A stretch of DNA of 59,784 bases from an uncultured Alphaproteobacteria bacterium (GTDB lineage: Bacteria > Pseudomonadota > Alphaproteobacteria > Caedimonadales > UBA9215). The stretch is taken from contig CAXBEY010000002.1 of assembly GCA_963974885.1 (NCBI GenBank), positions 1 through 59,784 on the forward strand, given 5' to 3'. The notes beneath the pieces are model-generated. The model did no database searches. It was not told the DNA's origin and worked only from the letters and a program-made list of their open reading frames with translations. Numbering within the stretch: position 1 is the first letter of the stretch; each line of letters begins with the position of its first letter. The translations under genes were made by a program, and so were the position numbers. Positions 29,228 to 40,556 of this stretch are shown one piece after another.

Positions 29228-29719
29228 CTAAGTTTGGACAACACTTCTAAAGTCACTTAGCATTGTCACAATGCAGCCATTTCCCATAGGTTTCATATAC
29301 ATTGTTCCACCCTTATCATGCAGGAACTCTGTGAAATCTGCACACTCACCACTAACCTTATAACCTTTTATTTTGCCTAAGCAAGAAAGACAAGATTTAG
29401 AAGAAGTCATTATAGCTGTAACATTTGCTATACATTTATCATTTAATTTCCTTAGGAATACATCAGTCATCATGGAATCTCCCTTTCTTCCATGTGTGAC
29501 AGTTATTTTAAGAGCATTTTTTTCACCTGGCATTACACTTGTGTTTACTCTCACATCATCATTTTTTCCTTGAAATATATCGGAAATAACCTTTCTACAG
29601 CCGTGCATCCCTCTTTTTTCAATCATTTTGTTAATAAAGTTAACACTATTTTCTGAGGTGGAACCTTGGGCTGTAACGGAAAGCCCTAGCGTTGCTAATA
29701 AGACATAAAATATTTTCAT
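29228..29719 (-). CDS. hypothetical secreted Cys-containing protein
   Basis: Signal peptide MKIFYVLLATLGLSVTAQG, 163 aa, 8 Cys residues, AT-rich codon usage. No recognisable family. Confidence 0.55.
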   Translation of the reverse strand: MKIFYVLLATLGLSVTAQGSTSENSVNFINKMIEKRGMHGCRKVISDIFQGKNDDVRVNTSVMPGEKNALKITVTHGRKGDSMMTDVFLRKLNDKCIANVTAIMTSSKSCLSCLGKIKGYKVSGECADFTEFLHDKGGTMYMKPMGNGCIVTMLSDFRSVVQT

Positions 29720-29876
29720 AAAAAAAATCCTTAAATTTTGAAATAATATTTAAAGAAAAAATACACCTTAAATAGAGGAGTGTCCACTCAATAGGTCAGA
29801 AAAAAGGTTTAATTTTTGAGGCAACGGGGGATGGGTTGAAGCATGCTGCTTTTCAAACGCTCTTTTAGGGGGACTT

Positions 29877-31109
29877 TTAAGAATCGGCGCGTGGATCCAG
29901 TTCCGCTGCGATGGGGGTTGTGTTGGGCATGGGAACAAAGTTATGTTGTTCGTCGGACGTGTGGGGTTTTTGCATAAAGAGGCGGCTGAAAAGGTAAAGA
30001 CCTAAGCCAAGGCAAGCCACATTGAAATATATAAAAATACCGGTGTAGCCGAAAACCAATTGAAATACAGGGGCGATCAGGGGGCCAAAAATAGCGCCTA
30101 CACCATAGGCCAGCATAAGGCCTTGTGTGGCAGAGACAATAGCATTAGGGTCGAGGACGTCACAGGTATGGCTCATGCTAACGGGGTATAATGAAAAGGA
30201 CGCACCGCCAAACAAGAACATGAGAGCATATAAAAAGAGACCAGATTGCTGGGGTATGGTAACTAAAGCGCACCCAATGGCAATGATAACGGCACATAGA
30301 ATTATCAGCATCTTCCGACGGTCAAATTGGTCCGATAACCAGCCCACGGGGTATTGCAATAAAACGCCTCCCATCAAAACCAAAAACATCACAAAGGCCG
30401 TTTCTGATAAATCTGCTAGTACGGCTCGAAGGTATAAGGGCACGAAAGCTGAAATAGCACCGAACATTAAACCCGAGCATGTACAAGACACCAAGCCCGA
30501 GGGAGAAAGCCTAAAAAGGTCTAAGACATTTAACGCAGATGGTTCTTCGATCACGGGGTTTCCTGCGCGGGTTGTGGCAAGGGGAACAATGGACAGAGCT
30601 GCCAAAATAGCTGCGATGGTAAACAAAAGAGAGGATGTTGCACTTCCAATGTTTAAAAGAAATTGACCCGATGCTGAGGCTCCATAAATGGCAATCATAT
30701 ATAGGGCAAGAAAGACGCCTCGTGTTTTAACGGTGCTTTCTTTTAGAATCCAGCTTTCAATAACAATGTATAAACCGGCTAAGCAGTAGCCTGACAAAGC
30801 TCGTAATAGACACCAAAGTATTAAAGAATAAGAGAGCCCCATGGAGAGAATCGCAACTGTGATGAGGGCTGCAAAGGCTGAAAAGGCCCTGATGTGACCA
30901 ATTCGTAAAATAAGATTTGCGTTACGAAAAGCCCCAAGAGCCATACCCAAATAATAGGCACCCGTAATGATACCAACGTCAAAAGCGCTTCCGCCGCCCG
31001 CATTAATTTGGATGGGAATAAAGGTTGCCAAAGCACCAAGGCCATTGATGAGGATAAATATGCTCAACAAGGGGGCTGCGATTTTTAAGAGTGTCTTTGT
31101 TTGAATCAT
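29877..31109 (-). CDS. MFS transporter
   Basis: About 12 predicted TM helices and a loop 2-3-like motif (SDQFDRRKML). 410 aa. Confidence 0.85.
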   Translation of the reverse strand: MIQTKTLLKIAAPLLSIFILINGLGALATFIPIQINAGGGSAFDVGIITGAYYLGMALGAFRNANLILRIGHIRAFSAFAALITVAILSMGLSYSLILWCLLRALSGYCLAGLYIVIESWILKESTVKTRGVFLALYMIAIYGASASGQFLLNIGSATSSLLFTIAAILAALSIVPLATTRAGNPVIEEPSALNVLDLFRLSPSGLVSCTCSGLMFGAISAFVPLYLRAVLADLSETAFVMFLVLMGGVLLQYPVGWLSDQFDRRKMLIILCAVIIAIGCALVTIPQQSGLFLYALMFLFGGASFSLYPVSMSHTCDVLDPNAIVSATQGLMLAYGVGAIFGPLIAPVFQLVFGYTGIFIYFNVACLGLGLYLFSRLFMQKPHTSDEQHNFVPMPNTTPIAAELDPRADS

Positions 31110-31243
31110 GGTTATTCACGGAGCTCGTTTTTTTCAGTTTATCACTATTTTTATGCTTTATGGAATTTACAATACGGAGAAAGGGTATTGAACGTATCCA
31201 TTAAAGCTACGGAGAAAACACAAAGGGGGTGGAGGGGAAACTT

Positions 31244-32029
31244 TTACATAAAGTGCGTAACTAAGCTGATAACTACCTCCATGGCAATGAGTAAGACAAT
31301 GATGCTTTCAATAATAAAGGAGTGTCGATTTTTGAGCTCGTCTCCTAAAACATGAAAGAGGTCCTGCACAATATCAAGGCGTTTATTTAAAACTTGAACA
31401 CGGGTAGGGAGGTCTTGATCATTAATGGTTTGATGGTAAAGGGGGGTAAATTTATCATTTTCCCATAAGAAGTCAGGAGAATCCAGCATATCTGAGTGAA
31501 GATTAATGGTGTGCTTTGCCATGATAAGGGAGCCAATATTTTTGTTAATCTCCTTATTGCTCATGGAAATCTTTCCCTTTTCTTGAAGACTTTTTGGGAT
31601 ATGACTGGTTTTTTTGATCATGGCCATAAGGTCCGTTTCAAAGACGGAAAGTTTCAATGATTGGGCGATACCATAGGATATAGTGAGAAGCTGCAAGTTC
31701 AGTGACTTATCTTTGACAAGAGTAATCGCCTCATTGAAAACGTTTGATTCCTTGCCATAGCTATAAGGACAAGATTCTTCCAATGCTTCATAAGGCTTAG
31801 AGGCGCACTGGGCTAACTTTTGTAAAATATCTTGTCGCTTTGCCTGTGAAATATCCCAAAAAACGGCACAACCAAATCCAAAAATAAGAATGTGCCCACC
31901 TTCAGACTCTAAAAGTAGCGCATCCCTTTCGTGCTCAAAACTTTGAACTTCCGGTAAAAATGTTTTAACTTTATCCAGTTCATATCTTTTGGCATTGGTT
32001 ATAGAAACACAAGTCATCGTAGCCGGCAT
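31244..32029 (-). CDS. RMD1/DUF155 family protein (RMND1 homologue)
   Basis: HILIFGFGCAVFWDI core motif of DUF155 and a single C-terminal TM helix (IIVLLIAMEVVISLV). 261 aa. Confidence 0.7.
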   Translation of the reverse strand: MPATMTCVSITNAKRYELDKVKTFLPEVQSFEHERDALLLESEGGHILIFGFGCAVFWDISQAKRQDILQKLAQCASKPYEALEESCPYSYGKESNVFNEAITLVKDKSLNLQLLTISYGIAQSLKLSVFETDLMAMIKKTSHIPKSLQEKGKISMSNKEINKNIGSLIMAKHTINLHSDMLDSPDFLWENDKFTPLYHQTINDQDLPTRVQVLNKRLDIVQDLFHVLGDELKNRHSFIIESIIVLLIAMEVVISLVTHFM

Positions 32030-32152
32030 AGAATTTCCCTTAAGGCATTGAAGTCAATAGACTAACGCCCACAATTCAGTTTTTTTTAATTTAGCACAAT
32101 TTGCATGCCTGATGATGGAAAAAGATCGCTGAAGATAAATTTTTTGAGGATT

Positions 32153-32671
32153 TTAAAGGGAGTTTTCTAACTCAGCCTTCTTCTTGATGATTGTCTCCCT
32201 ATAAGCAGAAATATCGGCCTGATTATCATCCCAGAATTCTTTAGAAATTGTCTTGTTACAGACGGGAAATTCTGTTGATGATTTTTCGAAATAAGCTAAT
32301 GCTTTTAAGGCTTGCCCATAGTAATGAAGAGCCAATGAGGTTTTATCAACTGCCTCTAACCCTCTGGCTGCTCGCAATAGTAATAATGTTGGTTTTAGTT
32401 TTGTTTTAAGAATAGGAATATCCATATTTTCTGGAATAAAATTATGTTTATTTGGTTGGTTGCGCAAAAAAGAGTTGAGTTGTTTTGTGCCACGTTGACC
32501 CATTTTTATATATTTTTCTGATTTATCTTGACTTAGATTGGGAAAAACAAAATTTGTCTCATCAAGATCGCTGGCACAGGCTTGCGAGATTATTGAAAAA
32601 AATAACAGGGATGAGAAGACCCTTATTAGGGCCTTGTCTCGCTTTAAACGTATGCAAATAGTCTGCATCAA
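32153..32671 (-). CDS. hypothetical exported protein
   Basis: Hydrophobic N-terminal signal-like segment (VFSSLLFFSIISQACA). 172 aa, AT-rich, 40 nt downstream of lpdA on the same strand. Confidence 0.5.
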   Translation of the reverse strand: MMQTICIRLKRDKALIRVFSSLLFFSIISQACASDLDETNFVFPNLSQDKSEKYIKMGQRGTKQLNSFLRNQPNKHNFIPENMDIPILKTKLKPTLLLLRAARGLEAVDKTSLALHYYGQALKALAYFEKSSTEFPVCNKTISKEFWDDNQADISAYRETIIKKKAELENSL

Positions 32672-32711
32672 AGCTCCCCTTTATATGTTTAACTATTCCT
32701 TTACACCTGCC

Positions 32712-34109
32712 CTAAGCGTGAATAGCTTTACCGTAGGCAGCAAGGGCAGCTTCTTTGATAGCCTCGCTAACGGTGGGGTGGGCATGGCAAGTGCGGGCGA
32801 TGTCTTCGGAAGAGGCTCTATATTCAAGGGCCAAGACACACTCGGCGATCATTGTGCCAGCCTCATTGTGCATGATGTGAACCCCAAGGACCTCATCGCT
32901 TTCTTTGTGACTTAGAATTTTGACCATGCCAACGGTTTCCCCATTGGCTCTGGCGCGGGAATTTGCCATAAAAGGGAATTTCCCGACCTTATAAGAGACA
33001 CCGGCCTCTTTCAGCTCTTCTTCTGTTTTACCAACGGTAGCGACTTCGGGGTGGGTGTAGACAACCCCTGGAATGGCATCGTAGTTAACATGAGGGTGTT
33101 GTCCTGTCAAAAGCTCAGCAACGGCAACGCCTTCTTCCTCTGCTTTGTGGGCCAACATGGGGCCATCAATCACGTCTCCAATGGCAAAAATAGTGGGCAC
33201 AGATGTTTGAAAAGCACCATTAATGTTCACTCGACCTCTCTCGTCAAGCTCAACACCGATCGCCTCTAATCCAAGGCCGCCGGTATAGGGTTTGCGACCT
33301 GCACACGACAATAAAATGTCGCATTTAAGGGTTTCGGTTTTACCTCCAGCCGCGGGTTCAAGGGTGACCGTTAAGCCCGGTTTCTCTTTCTTGACGGTGG
33401 TAACTTTTGTTGAAAGTTTAAAGTCAAGACCTTGCTTTTTTAGCTCTTTGTGAAGGGCATTGCCTATCTCATGATCCATAGCTGGCACAATGCGATCGGC
33501 AAATTCCACAACGGTCACTTGAGCCCCCAAGCGGCGCCAAACCGTTCCTAATTCAAGGCCAATATAGCCGCCCCCAATAACCACGAGGTGCTTTGGAACC
33601 TGAGAGAGTTCAAGGGCACCCGTTGAGCTAACAATCTGTTTTTCGTCAATTTTAATGCCGGGTAAGGCGACGACCTCAGAGCCCGTTGCAATGACAAAAT
33701 TCTTGGCTGAGTAGACTTTTTTACCGTTAACTTTGACTTCCGTTGTCGAGATAAATTCAGCCTTGCCATTAATGAAATCAATCTTGTTTTTCTTGAACAA
33801 GAATTCGATACCCTTGGCCAAATCATCGACCACATTGTTTTTACGATCAAGGAGCTTTTTAAGATTCAACTTTACCCCAGAAACCTCAATGCCATGGTCA
33901 CCCAAGTGATACTGAGCCTCTTCAAATTTTTGAGATGAATGGAGAAGGACTTTGGAGGGAATACAGCCCACATTCAAACAGGCCCCTCCAAGGGCACGAC
34001 GCATTTCGATGCAAGCCACTTTCAGGCCTAATTGGGCTGCTTTGATGGCACAGACATAACCGCCTGGTCCGCCGCCAATAATGATTAAGTCGTAGGATTT
34101 TTCACTCAT
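32712..34109 (-). CDS. lpdA: dihydrolipoyl dehydrogenase (E3)
   Basis: FAD motif IIIGGGPGGYVCAIKAAQLG, redox disulfide CLNVGCIPSK, C-terminal HAHPT. Confidence 0.95.
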   Translation of the reverse strand: MSEKSYDLIIIGGGPGGYVCAIKAAQLGLKVACIEMRRALGGACLNVGCIPSKVLLHSSQKFEEAQYHLGDHGIEVSGVKLNLKKLLDRKNNVVDDLAKGIEFLFKKNKIDFINGKAEFISTTEVKVNGKKVYSAKNFVIATGSEVVALPGIKIDEKQIVSSTGALELSQVPKHLVVIGGGYIGLELGTVWRRLGAQVTVVEFADRIVPAMDHEIGNALHKELKKQGLDFKLSTKVTTVKKEKPGLTVTLEPAAGGKTETLKCDILLSCAGRKPYTGGLGLEAIGVELDERGRVNINGAFQTSVPTIFAIGDVIDGPMLAHKAEEEGVAVAELLTGQHPHVNYDAIPGVVYTHPEVATVGKTEEELKEAGVSYKVGKFPFMANSRARANGETVGMVKILSHKESDEVLGVHIMHNEAGTMIAECVLALEYRASSEDIARTCHAHPTVSEAIKEAALAAYGKAIHA

Positions 34110-34145
34110 TTTATGCTTACCTGTTTTTTTATGTCGTCATCTTAT

Positions 34146-35417
34146 TTAAATATCAAATAAAATCCGCTCTGGATTTTCGATGCATTCCTTTACCCGCACG
34201 AGGAATGTCACGGCTTCACGGCCATCAATGACCCGGTGGTCATAGGTAAGGGCTAAGTACATCATAGGGCAGACTTCTATTTTACCATTCACAACCATGG
34301 GGCGCTCTTGGATTTTATGCATCCCTAGAATGCCCGATTGGGGAGGGTTCAAAATGGGTGTGGACATCAGGGATCCAAAGGTCCCCCCATTAGTGATGGT
34401 AAAGGTCCCCCCCATGAGTTGTTGCATGGAAAGCTTGCCATCACGGCCCCGCTTACCAAGGTCTCCAATTGTTTTTTCTACATCGGAAAAGCTCAAGAGA
34501 TCAGCATCCCGTACCACAGGCACCACAAGGCCGTTGGGGGTTGAAACGGCAACACCAATATCGTAGTGGTTTTTATAAACCAGATCATCTCCATCAATTT
34601 CAGCATTAACAGCGGGAATTTCTTTCAAAGCCACAAGGGCGGCTTTGACAAAAAAGGACATGAAGCCAAGTTTAACACCGTGTTTTTTTACAAAGTGATC
34701 CTGGTACTTTTTGCGAGCTGCCATGACATTTGTCATATCAACCTCGTTAAAGGTGGTCAACATAGCAGCTGTGTTTTGAGCTTCTTTCAAGCGGGTCGCA
34801 ATTGTTTTGCGCAGCCTTGTCATCTTAACGCGCTCTTCTTTTGGCGTTTCTTGAGGGTCAGTTTCCCTTTGAGGAGCAGGGGCCACTGAAGACAGATCAA
34901 GGGCAATTTGAGGGGCAGAAGCTCCCCCACTCCCCGATGATCCTCTAGCTGAAAAAGCGAGCAGGTCGCCCTTTAAAACACGTCCATCTTTTCCAGAGCC
35001 TTGGACTTGTGCCACATTAATATTTTGCTCAGACGCCATTTTAGAAACAGATGGGGCGAGCTTATCATGGGCAGAGGTTTGTGGCGCAGGGGCAGGCATG
35101 GTTGAAGGGGCGGGGGTAGATGCGGTTTTTGGCGTGGGTTCTTTTTTGGCTGGCGCAGAGTCAGAAGGAGACGCTGTGGCGCCTTCTTCAATCACACCCA
35201 AGAGATCACCCATTTCAACGGTATCTCCTTCGGCAGCACTCAATTCTCCCAAAACCCCTGACACAGGTGCATTAACTTCCAGGGTAACTTTATCTGTTTC
35301 AAGTTCAATCAGGGTTTCATCCATTTGAACGGCGTCCCCTGGTTTTTTTAACCACGAAGCGACGGTGGCTTCACTAACGGATTCGCCCAAGGCTGGAACT
35401 TTAATTTTTGTTGTCAT
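34146..35417 (-). CDS. sucB: 2-oxoglutarate dehydrogenase E2 (dihydrolipoyllysine succinyltransferase)
   Basis: Lipoyl domain [11 protein letters not shown], Ala/Pro linker, catalytic DHRVIDG. Confidence 0.95.
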   Translation of the reverse strand: MTTKIKVPALGESVSEATVASWLKKPGDAVQMDETLIELETDKVTLEVNAPVSGVLGELSAAEGDTVEMGDLLGVIEEGATASPSDSAPAKKEPTPKTASTPAPSTMPAPAPQTSAHDKLAPSVSKMASEQNINVAQVQGSGKDGRVLKGDLLAFSARGSSGSGGASAPQIALDLSSVAPAPQRETDPQETPKEERVKMTRLRKTIATRLKEAQNTAAMLTTFNEVDMTNVMAARKKYQDHFVKKHGVKLGFMSFFVKAALVALKEIPAVNAEIDGDDLVYKNHYDIGVAVSTPNGLVVPVVRDADLLSFSDVEKTIGDLGKRGRDGKLSMQQLMGGTFTITNGGTFGSLMSTPILNPPQSGILGMHKIQERPMVVNGKIEVCPMMYLALTYDHRVIDGREAVTFLVRVKECIENPERILFDI

Positions 35418-35455
35418 CGTGCTTTTTTTCCTTAAGTTTCTTATTTTAAGAGCCC

Positions 35456-38362
35456 TTATAAGTTTAAGGCCTCTTTAACTAAAATTTCTTGTTCACGGAG
35501 GTGTGTTTTTGCAAAACCCGTTGCCGTTGAGGCGGAAGGGGGTCTGCCCACATAAAGGGGTCGGGTTGCTTTTTTCACGGAGGCCTCTCCCATGGCAGCT
35601 TCAAGGCGACGATCGATAAAGGTCCAAGCTCCCATATTTTCAGATTCTTCCTGACACCAGACAACATCAGCCTTTGCCGCATATTTCTTTAATTCTGTCA
35701 CAATCAGTTCGTGGGGGAAAGGGTACAATTGCTCGAGGCGGATAATCGCTACATTTTTAAGATTATTTGCGTCCCGCGTTTCAAGGAGATCATAATAAAC
35801 CTTACCAGAACAAAGAATAACCCTCGTTACCTCTTTAACTTTGAGGCTGTCATCAGCTTCAGGTAGAACGGGCCGGAAATGGGTTTTTCCTTCAAAATCG
35901 CTCAGTTTAGAAATCGCTTTTTTATGACGGAGGAGGGATTTTGGGGTCATGATGATGAGGGGTTTTCGCGTTTCGCTGTGCATTTGACGGCGCAAAATAT
36001 GATAATAGCTCGCTGGTGTTGTGCAGTTGGCGACAAACATGTTCTCTTCAGCACAAAGCTGTAAATATCTTTCTAAGCGGGCAGAAGAATGCTCAGGGCC
36101 TTGGCCTTCATATCCGTGGGGTAAGAGCATCACAAGGGCGCTCATACGGGACCACTTTGCTTCACCGGCGGCAATAAATTGGTCAATGATCATTTGAGCC
36201 CCATTGGCAAAATCACCAAATTGTGCCTCCCAGAGTACCAAAATATTGGGATCAGCTAAGCTGTATCCATGTTCGAATCCCAAAACGGCTACTTCTGACA
36301 AAGGACTATCAACGACTTCAATTTCCCGTTGACCTCGACCAATGTTATTCAAAGGAACGTAAGGGGCCGCATTTTTCTGATCATATATCATGGCATGACG
36401 TTGTGAAAAGGTCCCCCGTCCAACGTCTTGACCGCTCAAGCGCACGGGATAGCCTTCAAGTAAAAGCGTTCCAAAGGCAAGGGCTTCACCGGTCGCCCAA
36501 TCAATGTGCTCGCCTGTTTTAAGGGCAGCTGCCTTTGTCTCAAGTTGCTTGGCGAGGCGTTTATGAATCTCGAAAGTTTTGGGATAGGAGGTGAGTGCCT
36601 TTGCCACTTTTTCAAGGATCTCATGCTCGGCACCCGTCATCACAGGTTTGTGAAGGTCAACGGAGTGACGCATGCTGGACCACACGCCCTCTAGCCAATC
36701 ATTTCGGCTGCCGTGATGTTCCTTTGCCTCTTCAAAAGCTTTTTGAAGTTTTTGGTGGAAGGTGTCCGTGAGCTCCTTGGCCGCTTCTTCGCTGATGACT
36801 TTCTCATCAATAAGGAATTGAGTGTAAATGTTGCGGGTTGTTTCATGGGAACGAATTTTACGGTACATCACAGGTTGGGTAAAAGAAGGTTCATCAATTT
36901 CATTGTGACCATGGCGACGATAACAATAGAGGTCGATAACAATATCTTTTTTAAATTTATAACGAAATTCAGAAGCCATATGGGCGACCCGCGCAACGGC
37001 ATCTACGTCATCGCCGTTGACATGGAAGACGGGAGCCTGAATGCCTTTAACAACATCAGAGCAATAGGGCGATGACCTTGAAAAGTGAGGGGATGTTGTA
37101 AAGCCAATTTGGTTATTAATAATAACATGAATGGTGCCCCCTACTTTATATCCCCGAAGCTCTGACATCTCGAGGGTTTCAGCAACTAAGCCTTGTCCTG
37201 CAAAAGCCGCATCTCCGTGAATCAGTATGCCCAAAACTTTGTTTCTTGCATCATCTTTCAAGCGTGTTTGCTTGGCCCGTACTTTTCCAATAACAACAGG
37301 GTTCACAGCCTCTAGGTGAGAGGGGTTAGCTGTTAAAGAGAGGTGAACTTTGTGCCCTGCGATCACACGATCCGTTGAAACACCCAAGTGGTACTTCACA
37401 TCGCCGGACCCTTGCACCTGTTCTGCCTCTTCTTGGGTTGGCTCATTGCCTTGAAATTCAGAGAAAATCGCTTTGTAGGGCTTTTCCATAATGTTTGCTA
37501 GAACATTTAAGCGCCCTCGGTGAGCCATGCCCAGAATGACTTCACTAACACCACGGCGTGCTGAATCTTCTAGGATAACTTCTAGGGCGGGAATAAAGCT
37601 CTCACCGCCCTCAAGGCCGAAACGTTTGGCCCCTGGGTATTTGACAGCTAGAAATCTCTCAAAGGCATCGGCACGGTTAAGATAATCAAGGGCATGAATG
37701 CGCTCTTCTTTTGTGGTGCCGTTTTGATAGTTTTCCATTTGCATTTGAATCCAAGACTTTTGATCGGGGTCTTGAATATGCATGAACTCAACGCCAATGG
37801 TCCCGCAATAGGTGCGCTGCAAAATCGCAAGGATTTCTCGCAAGGTTGCTTTTTCAAGGCCAAGGCTTCCCCCAAGGTAAATGGCACGGTCATAATCTTT
37901 ATCCGTAAAGCCATAGCTCGTGGGGTCAAGTTCTGGGTGAAGTTTTTTATTTTGTATGCCAAGGGGGTCAAGATTAGAATTCAAGTGACCTCGAACACGA
38001 TAAACACGAATGAGCATTGAGGCCCGTAAGGCATCAAGGGTTGTCTGATTAATGGCGGTAATGGTGGCGCCTTGCTCTTTTTGTTGCGGCATTTCAGGAG
38101 CTGAGGTCTCGGTTTTTTGTGGGGTCTCTTCAACTTCACCATAACGACCATAAACAAGGCTTTGCTCACCAACACGAGGGGACCAGCTGGCCCCAACGGC
38201 CTCTTGGAGTACCGCATGGACATCGTCCCCAAGGCTGGCAAAAAATTGCACCCAGGACGGGTCAACGGAAGCGGGGTCTTTTACATAGGCAGAGTAAGTT
38301 TGCTCTAGGAATAGGGCATTGCTTCCGGATAAAAAACTCGAGAGTTCAATGTCACGTGTCAT
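35456..38362 (-). CDS. sucA: 2-oxoglutarate dehydrogenase E1
   Basis: About 970-aa ThDP enzyme ([28 protein letters not shown]). Start set at ATG 38362 ([13 protein letters not shown]). Confidence 0.95.
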   Translation of the reverse strand: MTRDIELSSFLSGSNALFLEQTYSAYVKDPASVDPSWVQFFASLGDDVHAVLQEAVGASWSPRVGEQSLVYGRYGEVEETPQKTETSAPEMPQQKEQGATITAINQTTLDALRASMLIRVYRVRGHLNSNLDPLGIQNKKLHPELDPTSYGFTDKDYDRAIYLGGSLGLEKATLREILAILQRTYCGTIGVEFMHIQDPDQKSWIQMQMENYQNGTTKEERIHALDYLNRADAFERFLAVKYPGAKRFGLEGGESFIPALEVILEDSARRGVSEVILGMAHRGRLNVLANIMEKPYKAIFSEFQGNEPTQEEAEQVQGSGDVKYHLGVSTDRVIAGHKVHLSLTANPSHLEAVNPVVIGKVRAKQTRLKDDARNKVLGILIHGDAAFAGQGLVAETLEMSELRGYKVGGTIHVIINNQIGFTTSPHFSRSSPYCSDVVKGIQAPVFHVNGDDVDAVARVAHMASEFRYKFKKDIVIDLYCYRRHGHNEIDEPSFTQPVMYRKIRSHETTRNIYTQFLIDEKVISEEAAKELTDTFHQKLQKAFEEAKEHHGSRNDWLEGVWSSMRHSVDLHKPVMTGAEHEILEKVAKALTSYPKTFEIHKRLAKQLETKAAALKTGEHIDWATGEALAFGTLLLEGYPVRLSGQDVGRGTFSQRHAMIYDQKNAAPYVPLNNIGRGQREIEVVDSPLSEVAVLGFEHGYSLADPNILVLWEAQFGDFANGAQMIIDQFIAAGEAKWSRMSALVMLLPHGYEGQGPEHSSARLERYLQLCAEENMFVANCTTPASYYHILRRQMHSETRKPLIIMTPKSLLRHKKAISKLSDFEGKTHFRPVLPEADDSLKVKEVTRVILCSGKVYYDLLETRDANNLKNVAIIRLEQLYPFPHELIVTELKKYAAKADVVWCQEESENMGAWTFIDRRLEAAMGEASVKKATRPLYVGRPPSASTATGFAKTHLREQEILVKEALNL

Positions 38363-38553
38363 AAGAGAGAGACCTTTATTTATAATTGAATGTTTCAGAA
38401 GAACATGCAAACCGTTAAAAAACTATTTAAATTGTAGTTTTTTTTATGCTTTTTGTGAAGGGGAGAACGTGAAAGCCTTCTAATAAAAAAAGGACTTCGT
38501 GAAGAGGGTCTTTTAGGGGATGATGGACAGGTTACATTTTACAGGAGATTTCT

Positions 38554-38931
38554 ATGGCCGTTACCGCTTTTTATGCAGCCCTTCTTGCGCTGCTTTACCT
38601 TGCCCTTTCTGCAAATGTAAGCCGTTTGCGGCTGAAACACCGAATTTCTCTGGGGGTTGGTGATCTACCAAAGTTAGAACGTGCCATGAGAGCCCACGGC
38701 AATTTTGTTGAATATGTCCCCTTTATTTTAATTCTTATGGGTCTCTTAGAATCCTTGGGAGGCCCTGTCATAGCCCTGCATCTTATGGGAAGCCTCTTGT
38801 TGATCGCACGGTTCTCCCATGCTTATTGCTTATGTATCAAATACATTGCCATCATGAGGCAAGCTGGCGCTTTGATAACCTATACTCTTTTGTTTGTAGG
38901 GGCGGTTATGGTGTTGATACAGTATTTTTAA
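38554..38931 (+). CDS. MAPEG family membrane protein
   Basis: 125 aa with 4 TM helices. RLRLKHRISLGVGD...LERAMRAHGNFVEYVP is typical of bacterial MAPEG. Confidence 0.8.
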   Translation: MAVTAFYAALLALLYLALSANVSRLRLKHRISLGVGDLPKLERAMRAHGNFVEYVPFILILMGLLESLGGPVIALHLMGSLLLIARFSHAYCLCIKYIAIMRQAGALITYTLLFVGAVMVLIQYF

Positions 38932-38933
38932 AG

Positions 38934-38966
38934 AAAAACCGAGGAATGACCCTCGGTTTTATTTTT
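38934..38966. terminator. bidirectional rho-independent terminator (MAPEG gene / tlc)
   Basis: aaaaa-ccgagg-aatgac-cctcgg-tttt-attttt, between convergent genes. Confidence 0.65.
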
Positions 38967-38984
38967 GATAATAGTCACGTTGAG

Positions 38985-40556
38985 TTAAACAGCAGGCGCC
39001 TCTTTTCCTGAGATCGTTTGAGACTTTTCCTCTGTGTCTTTAGAGGAGCAAGCACGGTTATAGCGCACGGCTAAGGCACCAACACCAATGACCCAGGCGA
39101 GAACAATACCAGCAATAATAACGGCCAAATAAGGGGTGACAATCATAATATCTTGCACGGCAAAGACCGTGAAAATACCAAGAATTGTCCAGCCACCGGC
39201 TGCTTTACCAAGGCGCCCCCCAATAACATCAACAGCGGCTTTACCCTTTGTTTTAAGGTCTTGATCCAAGGGGATATAGGCCATTTCTTTTGTCGGATCA
39301 AAGAGCGCATATTTCGTGCCTTTTGTGAGGATGTTTTGCAACGCCCCAACTAAGACCGCCATATAAGTTGCGGTAAATCCGAGACCCATGACAATAGGAT
39401 TCAGTTGCTCACTAAACAAGACAAGGGCAAAGAAAAGCCCACCGGTAATGGCTAGAACGAGAGGGGTGATAACCGCGCCTGTGAACCAACCAAAACGCCC
39501 AACAATTCCCTTTGTGAGGAAAATGATGCTGATGGTAGCCGCACCGGTTACACGGGAGAAGTTCCCCATAAAGGTATTATAACCATTGGGGTCACCGCTA
39601 AATTGAAGGGAAAGTTGTTTTTTCCAAATCACTTCGATGAGGTTAATGGACATACCATAGCTTAAAACCAAAAGAGCAATAAGGCCAATATAGGGAGAAG
39701 AGAAAAGATACTTAAAGCTCTCCATGACACCCAACTTTGCTTTCTTCTTCTTTGGGGCTTTTGGTGAGGCTGCATCATAATACAAAGGATTTGTCAGCAC
39801 ATTTTTATGCATCCAACGATAGATATACATGGCAATGGAGCCCGCAACCACAATGGTAACACCGAGGTATTTCAAAGACACGCCCCATGCGTCAACATCT
39901 GCTGGAAGGGAGTGGCGAATATCTGAAAACATCACAACAGCAGTCCCAGAAAGCATCAAGGCAATGTTACCAATGAGGACGAATAAGGGATAAAAGCGTT
40001 TTGCCTCAGTAGAGCGTACAATTTCGTTAGCAAACTGCCAAAACAAAAGAGAAATCATGACGCTGCCCCAAAGTTCGGACATCACATAGAATAAAGAATA
40101 AGTCCATACAGCCCAAACAGAGAGCAAGAACTTTACACGAGGAAATTCAGTCTGTAATTCATGGACTCGGCTAATATCAGGATGCAGCATGTCAATGTTA
40201 GGATAAAGGACAAAGGAAAAGATGCCAAAAAAGACAAGGAAACTGGTTACAATACCGTAAAAAAGCTTTTCAGATGAGAACATATTTGTGAGCTTTGTAT
40301 ATAAAACCACAAAGGACATAGCCCCGATCATCACAAAAATTGCCTTCAGGTAAGGAATGGCTTCGGGGCCAGCACCGGGAGCTGTTGCGATCAACGAATC
40401 TTTCGTATCTCGTAGAATTGTGTAATTAAAAAGAACACATAGCATGATCAATGCCAGGGGCAAAAACTTTTTGATTTCAATGGTGTGGATTGGAAAAATA
40501 GCGGCTCGAACCTTGCTAAATGTTGGTTCCGGTGCGCCTGCTTTCACAGTGGACAT
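38985..40556 (-). CDS. tlc: ATP/ADP translocase (Tlc/NTT nucleotide transporter)
   Basis: 523 aa, about 12 TM helices. N-terminal signature FLPLALIMLCVLFNYTILRDTKDSL is typical of rickettsial/chlamydial Tlc proteins. Confidence 0.9.
   Translation of the reverse strand: MSTVKAGAPEPTFSKVRAAIFPIHTIEIKKFLPLALIMLCVLFNYTILRDTKDSLIATAPGAGPEAIPYLKAIFVMIGAMSFVVLYTKLTNMFSSEKLFYGIVTSFLVFFGIFSFVLYPNIDMLHPDISRVHELQTEFPRVKFLLSVWAVWTYSLFYVMSELWGSVMISLLFWQFANEIVRSTEAKRFYPLFVLIGNIALMLSGTAVVMFSDIRHSLPADVDAWGVSLKYLGVTIVVAGSIAMYIYRWMHKNVLTNPLYYDAASPKAPKKKKAKLGVMESFKYLFSSPYIGLIALLVLSYGMSINLIEVIWKKQLSLQFSGDPNGYNTFMGNFSRVTGAATISIIFLTKGIVGRFGWFTGAVITPLVLAITGGLFFALVLFSEQLNPIVMGLGFTATYMAVLVGALQNILTKGTKYALFDPTKEMAYIPLDQDLKTKGKAAVDVIGGRLGKAAGGWTILGIFTVFAVQDIMIVTPYLAVIIAGIVLAWVIGVGALAVRYNRACSSKDTEEKSQTISGKEAPAV

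Noticed and set aside
30127-30666. 179-aa plus-strand ORF inside the MFS transporter gene.
   Set aside because: It is the antisense frame of a well-supported 12-TM transporter. Its basic, low-complexity translation is typical of shadow ORFs.
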